A DNA stretch of 64,000 nucleotides, from the NCBI GenBank assembly GCA_963841435.1, contig CAWJCS010000004.1, forward strand, positions 96,001 through 160,000. The letters run 5' to 3'. Below are positions 39,522-49,053 of the stretch, in pieces. Numbering within the stretch: the first letter of the stretch is position 1; every line of letters begins with the position of its first letter. Source of the stretch: an uncultured delta proteobacterium. Its GTDB lineage: Bacteria; Myxococcota_A; Polyangia; Polyangiales; Polyangiaceae. A model generated the notes under the pieces. That model saw nothing but the letters and a program-made list of their open reading frames with translations, was not told where the DNA came from and did not search any database. The position numbers and the translations under genes were made by a program.

Positions 39522-39953
39522 GTGGCAACGCAACGTCGAAAGCCTGCGCGCGGCGATAACGACGATGCGCTCGTCGAGCGACTGCGCGCGATCTGCCTCG
39601 CGCTACCGGAAGCGAACGAGCGCAATTCGCACGGCGAGCCGACGTTCTTCGCGGGGCGTGGAAAGTCCTTCGCTTCGCTCAATCGGTACCATCACGGCGC
39701 GGAGCACCTGTCCGTGTGGCTCCCCCAACCGCTGGGGGTGCAAAAAACGCTCGTCGATGCCGAGCCGAAGCGCTTCTTCAGGCCGCCTTACGTTGGTTCG
39801 AGGGGCTGGGTCGGCGTCGTGCTCGATACGAAGGCCGACTGGAAGCTCGTCGAGCAGCTCGTGCGCGACGCGTATCACCACGTTGCCACGGCGAAGCTCA
39901 GGCGGAGGCTCGAGGAGGCGGCAGCCGAGCAGGGCAGGCGGCGGGAGGGCTAG
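39522..39953 (+). CDS. MmcQ/YjbR family protein
   Basis: RLRAICLALPEANERNSHGEPTFF...FFRPPYVGSRGWVGV..DW..VRDAY. Confidence 0.88.
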   Translation: MATQRRKPARGDNDDALVERLRAICLALPEANERNSHGEPTFFAGRGKSFASLNRYHHGAEHLSVWLPQPLGVQKTLVDAEPKRFFRPPYVGSRGWVGVVLDTKADWKLVEQLVRDAYHHVATAKLRRRLEEAAAEQGRRREG

Positions 39954-39997
39954 CCGAGCGGGGCCACCCCCGCGAAATAGTGGTACCCTGTGCTTTC

Positions 39998-40324
39998 ATG
40001 ACCTTCATCAAGTGTCTGTGGGTGATGGGTGCGAGTCTCGCCTTGTTTGCGGCCTGTGGCAGTGGCGATGACGACGACTCCGGGGGCTCGGCCTGCGACC
40101 GCGGGTGCACGGCCACGGTCGCGGCGGCGTGTCCGATTGGGCCCTCGAGCCAGTCGGAATGCGTCTCCCAGTGCAACGCGCTCAGCACGGGCTCCTGCAG
40201 CGCGGAGTACGCCGCGCTCCAGGCCTGCGCCGACGGCAAGCCCATCACCTGCGATACCACGGGCATTCCGGTCATCGAGGCGTGCTCGAGCGAGCAAGAC
40301 GCGTTCATCGCCTGCTTGAGCTGA
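39998..40324 (+). CDS. Small Cys-rich lipoprotein
   Basis: LFAAC lipobox; about 10 further Cys including CxxxC pairs. Confidence 0.8.
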   Translation: MTFIKCLWVMGASLALFAACGSGDDDDSGGSACDRGCTATVAAACPIGPSSQSECVSQCNALSTGSCSAEYAALQACADGKPITCDTTGIPVIEACSSEQDAFIACLS

Positions 40325-40355
40325 CCGGCGCGGCTCATATGCTCCGGGACGTAGG

Positions 40356-42081
40356 CTAGTTCGGGGCGCCGTTGAGCGCGTAGAGGTCGTCGATGAGAAA
40401 GGTGTTGCCGACGAGCTTGTTGTAATAGTCGTTGCCATTGTCAACGTCGAACTTCACGTAGAACACGGTTTTCTTGTCGGGCGTGATCTCGCGGATGGCG
40501 CCGCCCGCTCCGTAGTTGCCGAGGACGTTCCCGTTCGAGAGCTTGATGGCCATGCCGCGCGAGTAGGCCCATTCGGGGCCGTCCGTGGCGGCGTCACCGT
40601 AGAGCCACCTTCGGACCAGACGTTGGTTCGTCCGATCGATCTCGAACTCCTCGAAGGCGTGTTGGTTGGGCGCCGCCGTCGCAAAGCGACCGAAACCGGG
40701 CAGGTGCGACGAGACGAGCAGCGTTCCCTCGGGCGTGATGTTCGGGAAATGTTGCCAGAGCAGCGCCCACGGTTCGGGCGAGAACGCGTAGCTACCCTGC
40801 TGGTCCCCGTAGGTGGCGACGAGCGCGCCGCTTTCTCGGTCGATCTCCGCGATGGTGCCCTCTTCTGGGAACGAGAGCAGCACGGTGTCGGTCAGAGGAT
40901 CGTAGTTTACTGTGTTCGAGTAGCAGAGAAAGCTCGACCCGAACTCTTGGGTGCAGCTCCAGATGCTGCGATCCATCCCGCCCTTGCTCAGCTCGCGCAG
41001 CTCGGCATTGCCCTGGCTCCGCTCCTCGGTGTCGTAGAGCAGCGCGCCGTCGTTCGTCATGTCGACGCAGTCGGAGAGCAGCGGAATCGTGATCGTTTCG
41101 AAGTATTGTCGGTCGAGGCTCATCTCGAGCACGGCCGGGGTTCCGCCGGGTCCGAACGAGCGCTTCTCGGTGAACAGGTACTCGCCGTCGCGCGCGGGGC
41201 GGGGAAACGAAGACACGGCGTTCGTCGAACGGGTCGGCGTAGTACCAGACGATGCGTCCCTCGCGGTCCATGGCAAAGAGCCACCACGTGCCGTCGAAGT
41301 AACAGGCTTCGCTCGTGCACCCTCCCGTCGAATCCTCGACCGCGCCGACGAGCCAGCGCTCCTTGCTGGCGAGCGCCGCGTCGTACATCATCACCGTCAA
41401 CTTCGGCATGAGGCTCGGCACGGCGCCCGTCGTGCCCTCGTAGTCGCTCGTTTGGTAGTCCACGCCGCCTGCTTGGTTGACGATGCGCACCGTCACGGCC
41501 GTCGAACCGGGCACCCCGATCACAACGTCGCGATGGGCGCCGAGAGCGCCGATTTTCGGCCGGGACGTCATGACGGTGCCGCCGGCGAAGCTGAATTCGA
41601 GCCACGTCGCGTCAGCGGCCGTCGTTTGCGTCCACGTCACGTTGAGGAGCGTCTTCACGTCGGGGTGAACCGTGATGCTCACGTCCGACACGTAGGCGTC
41701 GCCCGAGCCGGCGCCCGCCGTCGCGGTGCCGCCGCTCGCGCCGCCCATCGCGCCGGCGCCTCCACCCGCGCTCGTGCCACCTGCGCTCAGGCCACCCGCG
41801 CTCAGGCCGCCCGCGCTGTCACCGCTCGCGCCGCCAACGGCCATGCCGGCGCCGCCCCCCACGCCGCCACCCGCAGACGCGCCGCCGCGCGTCGCTCCCG
41901 TCCCGCCCGTTCCGCCCCCCGCTGTCACGCCCCCGCCGCTCAATCCACCGGTGCCCTGGCTCCCGGCTCCGCCCATCGCGTTTTCGGGTGGACTATTTTC
42001 GCTCGTTTTCGGGGAGCAACCCAGCGCGAGCACGAGCGCCGGGAGGGGAAGGCGGATCCGTTGGAACGATGGCGTCAGCAT
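40356..42081 (-). CDS. Lipoprotein with Gly linker and arylsulfotransferase-like beta-propeller; apparent +1 indel at ~41228
   Basis: ALGC lipobox; MDREGRIVWYYADP joins STNAVSSFPR; YSNTVNYD, WQHFP, KLSNGNVL, IREITPDKKTV. Confidence 0.7.
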
Positions 42082-42100
42082 CCGGGGCTGTCCCGAGAGG

Positions 42101-42126
42101 TGACGTGCGCCTCGCTCCGAGGTTCA
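42101..42126 (-). promoter_or_regulatory. Classical ECF-type promoter candidate
   Basis: Minus strand TGAAC-N16-CGTCA ending ~19 nt before ATG 42081. Confidence 0.4.
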
Positions 42127-42156
42127 AAAGATTCGGCTCGACCTCGTTTCGAGGCG

Positions 42157-44019
42157 TCAGGCGCGGGTTCTGCGGCGGCGCGCCATGCCGAACGAGCCGA
42201 GCGCGAGCGCCAGCATGCCGACCAGATCCATCAGGCGGGAAGGTGACGAGCCTGCCGCGCGGCAACCGCAGCCAGCCGGGTCGTCCGCCGTCCCCAGCGT
42301 CGGGTCCGCACCCGTCACGTCGCTTCCTCCGACCGACGATCCCGCGCTGCCGCTCGCGCCGCCCGTGCCGATCGTCGAGCTTCCCCCGCCGCCGAACGCA
42401 TTGCCGCCCGAAGCGCCGGTGCCCGCCTGGGGAACGGTGCCTCCACCACCTGCAACGCCGCCTGTACCCGAAGCGGTTCCTCCGGAGCTCGTGCCCGCGC
42501 CGCCCGCGCTCTGTCCGGCGCCGCCCGCGGTGCCGCCTGCGCCTCCGCTGTCGGAGCCCGCGCCGCTCGCTCCGCTCGCGCCCGCGCCGCCACTGCCCGC
42601 AGCGCCGCCCGTGGAAGCGCCGCCCGTGGAAGCGCCGCCCATGCTGCCCGCAGCGCCTCCGTCGCTTGCTCCACCCGCGCCGTTGCCGCCGCTTCCGGCG
42701 CCGCCTGCACCGGCCATGGCGCCAAACTCGTAGGCACCGAGGTCCGGCGCCGAGCCGACGTAGGGAAGTGCAACGTCGGTGCCCTTGTCGATGAGTGGGC
42801 TACCGGACTTCAGCTTGAGAAAATCGATCGCCGGCATGCTGCCGTCGGCCTGTCGTGGCCCCGTGAAGCCGGTGTCGGAGGTGCTCGCGAAGTCGCCCGA
42901 GGCCTCGGAGATGCCGAGGTCCCACGTGTTGTGGTCCGTGTCGACCCCGTTCATGTTCGAGTTCTTGTTCGGGAAGCCGACGTTGTTTCTCATCCGGTGG
43001 ACGAGCGACCCCGATAGGGTGATGGTCGTGTTCGGGTCACCGGCGGGGCTTGCGAGCATGTTGTACTGCACGCCGTTGTTGTACGACGTGTTGTTGAACC
43101 AGTTGTTGCCGCCCGAGGAGTGGTTCGCGTAGAAGCCCGCCGCCTTGTTCTTCCACGCGACGTTGCGCTGCACGACGTGCCTCACGCCGGTGTCGCTGCT
43201 GCCCATCTTGAAGCCGTTGCCGTTGCCGTCGGGGGGACTCGTGGAACCGCCGTTGGCGTAGCCGTTCTGAATGGCCCAGCTGTCTTCGACGGTGACGGGA
43301 TATTCTTGTTGGATCAGGTCGTAGCCATCGTCGGAGTTGAGCCAGGCCCGGCAACCGCGAATGACGGTGCTGCTCCCGCTCATCTGGTAGTGCACGCCGA
43401 ACCCGTCGGCGTTCTGCCCGTCGCCCTGGCTGCCGTTCTTGTCGTAGTTGTCGTGCGAATCACAGTTCAAGATCAGGTTGCCGCCGTTGCCCTTGGAGAT
43501 GAAGAGCCCCGACCCGAACCCGTGGTGGAGGTTCAAGAGCTCGAAGACGTTGTTGCTCGCGCCTTCACTGCGCACGAGCGTGTACGAGTGGGCTCCGCTC
43601 GCGCCCAGTTTCGCGTTCGAGACCTCGAAGCCCCTCAAGTGCAGAAAATTCCCGGTCACGAGGATCACCGGCACGTCCGCAGCGGTGTTCGAGGTGGCGT
43701 ACTGGGAGCAATCGAATATGGGCAGCTCCGACTGATAGGCGAAATACTTGATGCGGTTCGTGTCCGACTGCCCGCTCTTCGAAAGCTTGACCTGCGTCTT
43801 CAGGGAGTACGTGCCACCGCGGATCCACACGGTGTCGCCTGCTGCGGCGACGTCGTTGCCCTTCTGCAGCGACGCGAACGGTTGATCGACCGTGCCCGGA
43901 TTGGAGTCGCTACCGGTCGGGGCGAGGTAGTAGTCCGCGGCGATCGCGAGTCGGGAGACGAAGCAGGGGAGCAGGCAGGCGGACGCCCCTGCCAACACGT
44001 TCATTGTCTTGTGTCTCAT
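42157..44019 (-). CDS. PL9-like (PelL-type) pectate/rhamnogalacturonan lyase + Gly linker + MYXO-CTERM
   Basis: YYLAPTGSDSNPGT, GDTVWIRGGTY, NADGFG, RAWLNSDDGYD, GNGNGFKMG, APDLGAYE; GCGCR..TM..RRRR tail. Confidence 0.88.
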   Translation of the reverse strand: MRHKTMNVLAGASACLLPCFVSRLAIAADYYLAPTGSDSNPGTVDQPFASLQKGNDVAAAGDTVWIRGGTYSLKTQVKLSKSGQSDTNRIKYFAYQSELPIFDCSQYATSNTAADVPVILVTGNFLHLRGFEVSNAKLGASGAHSYTLVRSEGASNNVFELLNLHHGFGSGLFISKGNGGNLILNCDSHDNYDKNGSQGDGQNADGFGVHYQMSGSSTVIRGCRAWLNSDDGYDLIQQEYPVTVEDSWAIQNGYANGGSTSPPDGNGNGFKMGSSDTGVRHVVQRNVAWKNKAAGFYANHSSGGNNWFNNTSYNNGVQYNMLASPAGDPNTTITLSGSLVHRMRNNVGFPNKNSNMNGVDTDHNTWDLGISEASGDFASTSDTGFTGPRQADGSMPAIDFLKLKSGSPLIDKGTDVALPYVGSAPDLGAYEFGAMAGAGGAGSGGNGAGGASDGGAAGSMGGASTGGASTGGAAGSGGAGASGASGAGSDSGGAGGTAGGAGQSAGGAGTSSGGTASGTGGVAGGGGTVPQAGTGASGGNAFGGGGSSTIGTGGASGSAGSSVGGSDVTGADPTLGTADDPAGCGCRAAGSSPSRLMDLVGMLALALGSFGMARRRRTRA

Positions 44020-44177
44020 TCACGACCTTTTTGCCGGGGACCGCAGAATTGATAGTTTACCTCTCCCGAGCCCCGAGGCTTCGTCCGAACGCAGGCCGCG
44101 CGGCGCATGCGCGGCAGTCAGCGTGAACAAGTGCAGGGTCACTCGAATGCCGGGGTGACGCGTGCACGCAGGCGGGG

Positions 44178-45509
44178 TCACTTGACGATGATGGTGCTTT
44201 CGCAAGTGAAGAGGACGTCGACGTGGGCGCTGTCGTCGGCCTGAACGACAGCGCACGCTTCGGGACAGAGGAAGATGCGATCGTTCTCGATGTAGAACGC
44301 GTCGGCCTGGCAATCGGAAGGCGTCGCCGCCTGCAGGAACTTCTGCTCGCCGGAGCCGCTGCCCGGCAGGTAATTGACCGCGACCTTGTCGAGCTCGAGC
44401 GTCTTGCCGGCGGGGACGGGCGGGATGTCGAAGTCGCAGGCGAGCGTCGTGCGCGTCACGACGTCGTTGGCGATGGTGCTGAAGACGACGTCGTAGGCAT
44501 CGAAGCGGCAGATGGGAAAACGGAGCCCCCCGGTGAGGATGCTGACCTCCTGATACGTGGCGCCCGCTGACGTCACATCGGGGCAGCGCATGTCGTTCAC
44601 CGGCTCGTCGGGCAGGTACGGGTCGGTGCCGTTCGGCTTTTCGGCGAGACCGACGATGCTGTGGAACACGAGTTCAGGGTGAGCGGGGTCGGTGCCGAAG
44701 TGCTCGGGGGCCATGCTGGTGAGCGCCGCCAAGAAGGCGCTCGCCGTCATGTCTTCGTTGTCGTCCGACATCTCCAAGAACACCTTCTTGGCGCCCGGGC
44801 GCAGCCACTCCGACCAGCCGAGCGGCGCCTGATCCGCGCGGTCCGCGTAGTCCGAAGGGATCGGCTGCTCGTACGTACCGAGGATGATGTCGAATGAGTC
44901 GTCGCTCTCGATCTTCGTGAAGTAGTGATAGAAACGCTCGGAGAACACGGGCGCGGGCGCGGGGCAGGCGGCAAGCCCACTGAGCGGCGCTTCCACACAG
45001 ATGGACGTGCTCGCCTCGGCGTTGGCGTCTCGCGCAGCCTTCCTGTGACGCGAGATGAGAATGACCCGGTAGTCAACCTCTGCGTCGTCCAGGATCTGGG
45101 CGAAGTTCACGTTGATGTTGCGCTCGACCGCGTCGAGCTCGTCGTCCATGCTGCCGGAATTGTCGAGCGCGACGATGATGTCGATCGGCTCGGTGACGAG
45201 GGTCGCTTGCGATTCAGCCTGAGCGCAGGTTTCGCCCTGGCCGGACGTGCCGCCCTGGCCGGACGTGCCGCCCTGGCCGGGCTCGATGTTCCCGCCGGTG
45301 CCGCCCGCGGCGATGGTACCGCCCGTTGCGCCGACGCCGCCGCTCCCACCCGTTCCGGGATCCACGGCCCCGCCCGTGCCGGGCTCAGCGCCAGACCCGG
45401 TGTTTGCGCCTGGGCCGGGGTCGATGGAAGTGCCCCCGCCCGCGCTGCAGGCGGCGAACGCCGCGACGAGCCAGAGGGGGCTCGAAAGAGAGACGAAAGA
45501 TCGACGCAT
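44178..45509 (-). CDS. vWA-domain myxobacterial lipoprotein
   Basis: FAAC lipobox; IDIIVALDNSGSM; FLEMSDD; C-terminal ACDFDIP..VAVNY..LCPEAC. Confidence 0.85.
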   Translation of the reverse strand: MRRSFVSLSSPLWLVAAFAACSAGGGTSIDPGPGANTGSGAEPGTGGAVDPGTGGSGGVGATGGTIAAGGTGGNIEPGQGGTSGQGGTSGQGETCAQAESQATLVTEPIDIIVALDNSGSMDDELDAVERNINVNFAQILDDAEVDYRVILISRHRKAARDANAEASTSICVEAPLSGLAACPAPAPVFSERFYHYFTKIESDDSFDIILGTYEQPIPSDYADRADQAPLGWSEWLRPGAKKVFLEMSDDNEDMTASAFLAALTSMAPEHFGTDPAHPELVFHSIVGLAEKPNGTDPYLPDEPVNDMRCPDVTSAGATYQEVSILTGGLRFPICRFDAYDVVFSTIANDVVTRTTLACDFDIPPVPAGKTLELDKVAVNYLPGSGSGEQKFLQAATPSDCQADAFYIENDRIFLCPEACAVVQADDSAHVDVLFTCESTIIVK

Positions 45510-45632
45510 CGGAGTGTATGCGCGAAGCAGGGCCGATCGATCGAGCTTCGCGCTTTTTCCCGGGAGCGGAATCGGCTGCGCCCACATTCGTGATGCGGCG
45601 CCCGTGGCGTGGCACCCCAAGGGAGCGTCGGC

Positions 45633-46643
45633 TCAAGGGAGCGTCGCGGAGTCCATCAAGAGCTGCCAGAAGCGGCCGGTTGCCGCCTCGCCGTTCGATT
45701 CGGTGACGACCCAGACGTTCCCGCCCGCGTCGGGGACCAGGAGCGGCTCGGTGCCGTCCCAGCCTGAAAACGAAAACCGCATCACGCCGACCGTGAAGGA
45801 CGGAATGCCGACGGCGAGCACGCCGATCTGGTCCGAAGCGAGCGGGGTGCCAAAAATATCGGGCTGCTTCGCGCGCATCCAGGCGCCGAGCGGATTGTCG
45901 GGAAGCGCGCCGAGCCGATCATCGGGCACGTCGGTGAGCTGGTCGTAGTAGGCGCTCACCTGCACGTAGCGGAGCCGCTCGGCGACAATCGCGTCGGCCC
46001 AAGGGTCCATCTCGCCATTGGGGATGCCCATGTGTGCCACCGGCTCGGCACCGAGCGACACCGTGCCCAGCGAGGCGACGACGACGATGCGCTCGGCCAC
46101 GGTGGGATCGATGAGGTAGGCGTCCGCGACGTCGGTGAGGCGCCCGCCCGTCACGACGACCGTCGGCCGGTCCGGTTGGCTCAGCCGCGAGGAGGTTTCG
46201 ACGATGAAGCGCGCGCCCTCGGAGTCATTCGGCGTCGTCGATTCGACGGTATCATCGTCAGGCCGCACGAGCGAGTCACCGACGCTTCGGATCGGATCCG
46301 GCAGCCCCGTGAGGCCGCTCGCGCGCGCGCTCGCCACGAGCTCTTGCCACCCGCTGAAATTCGCTTCGAGATCGTACCACATGCCGCCCGTGCTCACGAC
46401 GAGCCCCGTGAGCTCGGGAGCGCGCTTTTGAGCCAGGAGCACCGCGTACTCGCCCTGCCAGTTGTCGTACGCGCCGTCGTTGCAGAGGATGATCGGGTTC
46501 TCTGCACCGACCGGCAATAGCGCCTGCGTGCGGTCGGAGCCCGCGTCCAGCGTTCCGGAGCACGCAGTGACGCCGGAGCCCAGCGTGCACGACACGATCA
46601 GGCGAGCAATGGCGGACGCCGACGCGGCACTTCGCGGGCTCAC
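45633..46643 (-). CDS. Lipoprotein with nucleoside-hydrolase-like domain
   Basis: GTG start overlaps upstream stop (GTGA); VTAC lipobox; IILCND, SEGARFIV, VVVTGGRLTDVADAYLIDP..ERIVVVASLG. Confidence 0.7.
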   Translation of the reverse strand: MSPRSAASASAIARLIVSCTLGSGVTACSGTLDAGSDRTQALLPVGAENPIILCNDGAYDNWQGEYAVLLAQKRAPELTGLVVSTGGMWYDLEANFSGWQELVASARASGLTGLPDPIRSVGDSLVRPDDDTVESTTPNDSEGARFIVETSSRLSQPDRPTVVVTGGRLTDVADAYLIDPTVAERIVVVASLGTVSLGAEPVAHMGIPNGEMDPWADAIVAERLRYVQVSAYYDQLTDVPDDRLGALPDNPLGAWMRAKQPDIFGTPLASDQIGVLAVGIPSFTVGVMRFSFSGWDGTEPLLVPDAGGNVWVVTESNGEAATGRFWQLLMDSATLP

Positions 46644-47347
46644 GGAGCTTGCCGGATTGCTTGCTCGATACGGGGCAAGAGCACGCTGCGCGGGAACTGC
46701 GCGCGAAAGCGCTCCGCCGCCCGGCGAGCCTCGGCGGTTCGCCCGAGACCCGAAAGCGCGGTGACCCGCAGCGCTTCTCGCTCTTCCCGCAGGCGTCCCG
46801 TGGGGAAGCGCCGTTGATGCTCCGCGATCGCGCCGAGGGCAGCTGTGTGGTTGCCGTCGGCCACCGCCGCTCGCGCCTTCTGCAAAAGAGCGAGCTCGGC
46901 CCCGTAGGCGTCGCTCGAGGACGCTGGGCGCGGCGCAGCGGTCGCCTCGGCCTTCGGCACGACCTCGGGCCCTCGGTTGCTCGCTGCCGGGATGGGTACA
47001 CCGGTCGCGGGCGGAACCGGCGGTGCCGTATGGGTCGTCGCGTGCGGCTCGCTCAGGACAGTCGCCGAGGGTGCTCCCACCGGCGACTCGTCTCCCTGCG
47101 GACGGGACCGCTGCCAGGTCGCGTAGGCCGCGACCGCAAAAGCCGTCGTCGCGCCAATCGCGACGAGCTGAGGCATCCTTCGCCTCCAAAATCCCAGCGG
47201 CGGGGTCGCTGCGGCGTCGCGCAGCGCCGTGCGCGCGCGGGCCAGCGCCCGAAGACGCAACGCTTCGGATTCAGGAGGGATGCCCCGCTCCGCCGCTAGC
47301 AGGCGCTCGGTCTCGTCGGACAACGGCTCGATAGTGCTCGCCCTCAT
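46640..47347 (-). CDS. Putative anti-sigma factor (single TM, Pro linker, C-terminal TPR-like domain), cassette 1
   Basis: ATGA-coupled to the ECF sigma; YGAELALLQKARAA..EHQRRFPTGRLREEREALRV..FRAQFPRSVLLPRI. Confidence 0.8.
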   Translation of the reverse strand: MRASTIEPLSDETERLLAAERGIPPESEALRLRALARARTALRDAAATPPLGFWRRRMPQLVAIGATTAFAVAAYATWQRSRPQGDESPVGAPSATVLSEPHATTHTAPPVPPATGVPIPAASNRGPEVVPKAEATAAPRPASSSDAYGAELALLQKARAAVADGNHTAALGAIAEHQRRFPTGRLREEREALRVTALSGLGRTAEARRAAERFRAQFPRSVLLPRIEQAIRQAP

Positions 47348-47895
47348 CGCTCCACTCCCTTCTGCAGCGCCCGAACGGCGCCCTCGAACTCTCGCCGCGC
47401 CTTGCGCAGGCGCGAGTACCCGGTAAAGAGGGGCAGCGACAAGGCCTTTGCAATCTCGCGCATCGGGACTCCATCGATATCGTGCATCACGAAGACCGCA
47501 CGACGGGTGAGCGGCACGCGATCCAGGGCTTTGAGCACGAGAGCACGGGAGCGAGCTCTGTCGAGCGCCGCCTCGGGCCCGGGTGCCGGGCTTTCGAGGT
47601 CGTCGAGCGACCCCGGAATCTCACGCCGCGCACGTCGCCTTCGTGCTGCGACGACCCGGAAAGCGATGCCGAAAAGGTACGGGCGAAGCGGTCGGGACGC
47701 GTCGTATTCGACCCACTTGCGATGGAGCACCAGGAACACCTCCTGCACCTCGTCCTCAACGTCCTCCGGACGCACGCCGAGTCGCCGCAGAGTTCGGCAC
47801 AAGTAATCGAATTCCTTCTGGAAAGCATCGAAACAGGAACCTCGCTCAATCACGCTTGCCGCCGGAGCCGAAAAGACAAGCTGCGCCAAACCCAT
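47344..47895 (-). CDS. ECF RNA polymerase sigma factor, cassette 1
   Basis: Region 2 LRRLGV..DVEDEVQEVFLV..LRPYLFGIAFR; region 4 RRAVFVMHDIDG..EIA..TGYSRLRKAR. Confidence 0.93.
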   Translation of the reverse strand: MGLAQLVFSAPAASVIERGSCFDAFQKEFDYLCRTLRRLGVRPEDVEDEVQEVFLVLHRKWVEYDASRPLRPYLFGIAFRVVAARRRRARREIPGSLDDLESPAPGPEAALDRARSRALVLKALDRVPLTRRAVFVMHDIDGVPMREIAKALSLPLFTGYSRLRKARREFEGAVRALQKGVER

Positions 47896-47905
47896 TCTCT
47901 CATGA

Positions 47906-47933
47906 GATTGCTGCCCGGCCCGGCGAATTGTCA
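47906..47933 (-). promoter_or_regulatory. Candidate ECF promoter, motif A (TGACAA-N17-CAATC)
   Basis: Directly upstream of ECF1; same words and spacing at 53091-53118. Confidence 0.5.
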
Positions 47934-48932
47934 CTGGAAAAGTGCGGCAAGGTCGCCCCCAAGGCCGAGACTCACGGGGGGCATCCTCCACACGGCTTTG
48001 CCGTTCAAGGTCACGTCCCAGGAAACGAGTGGCGCGAGCGCTTCGATGCGGAGCAGAAGAAGCCCGTGAGACCCAAAGCGCTGGTGGACCGACAGGCGCA
48101 ACCCGACCTGCTCGACGAGCCCCGAGGGCGAGCGCGGCATGTCAACCCCGAAGCCTCGCACGCGCAGGACGCCGAGCTTGTTCACGACGCAGCCCGACCA
48201 CGGCTCGATGAACCCGCAGGCGGCAAACGTGCTTGCGAGGAGGCTTTGCTCGAAGCCTTGGTCGCTGGCGGTCGCGTGACGGGCCCACAGGCTCGCTTCC
48301 GCTCCGAGCTCGAGACCGAGCTCACCTCGTCCCACGCCAGCGAAGAGCCGTCCCTCGGGAACCGCACGGGGCGCCAGGCCGAAACCCACGCTGGGGCCAA
48401 GGCCGACAAGGAAGCGCCAGTTCGAATGCCTCGGAGGGCCGGGGTCGACAGGGCCATCGGCGACTCGACGCGCAGGATCGGGTCGCGTCGTCGTCGTCGC
48501 CTCTGCGGATTTCGCGTCGGCACGGGCGGGTGACGAGGGCCGTGCGGCGTCGGCGGCGGGAGTCTCCAGACTCAAGAGCTGGATCTGGACCGCGAGCGTG
48601 AAGCCCATCGCTTTGACGAAGGCAGCGCAGTCCGGGTCATCGGACGCAAGGTCTCGTTCGCCGCGTGAATTTCCCTGGTCATCGTACCAGCGCACGAAGC
48701 CCCGGATCCCGCGCTCCGCGGCTTCGGCCCGCGCCACGATCACCTGCGGTGAGTCGGCTCGGAACGGGTCGTAGCCGAGCTGCCTTTCGACCATGCCTCG
48801 GAACGTCTCCTCGTTCGGGCAGGCGCCCAAGCCAGCGTCGGTCTGGTATCGCAGGTCGACGAACAGCCTGGACTCCGCGTGGGCCACCCTCGAGCCGAGG
48901 GCCACGATGAGCATCGGCAACACCCGCGCCAT
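47931..48932 (-). CDS. Exported protein with beta-strand-rich C-terminus (possible small outer-membrane barrel), cassette 1
   Basis: Signal peptide ending AHA; CP...LGYDPF; MGFTLAVQIQLL; Pro linker; amphipathic strands ending LFQ; homolog at 58819-59856. Confidence 0.8.
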   Translation of the reverse strand: MARVLPMLIVALGSRVAHAESRLFVDLRYQTDAGLGACPNEETFRGMVERQLGYDPFRADSPQVIVARAEAAERGIRGFVRWYDDQGNSRGERDLASDDPDCAAFVKAMGFTLAVQIQLLSLETPAADAARPSSPARADAKSAEATTTTRPDPARRVADGPVDPGPPRHSNWRFLVGLGPSVGFGLAPRAVPEGRLFAGVGRGELGLELGAEASLWARHATASDQGFEQSLLASTFAACGFIEPWSGCVVNKLGVLRVRGFGVDMPRSPSGLVEQVGLRLSVHQRFGSHGLLLLRIEALAPLVSWDVTLNGKAVWRMPPVSLGLGGDLAALFQ

Positions 48933-49053
48933 GGGTGTGCCAAACCGCGAGATCGCGGGTCTTCGAGTCAGCGCGTCGGCCTGGGGTTCGGCTACCATCG
49001 CCCGAGGCCTGCAGGCTACACCATGGCGCTCCGCGAGCGCCGTCGCCCACAAA

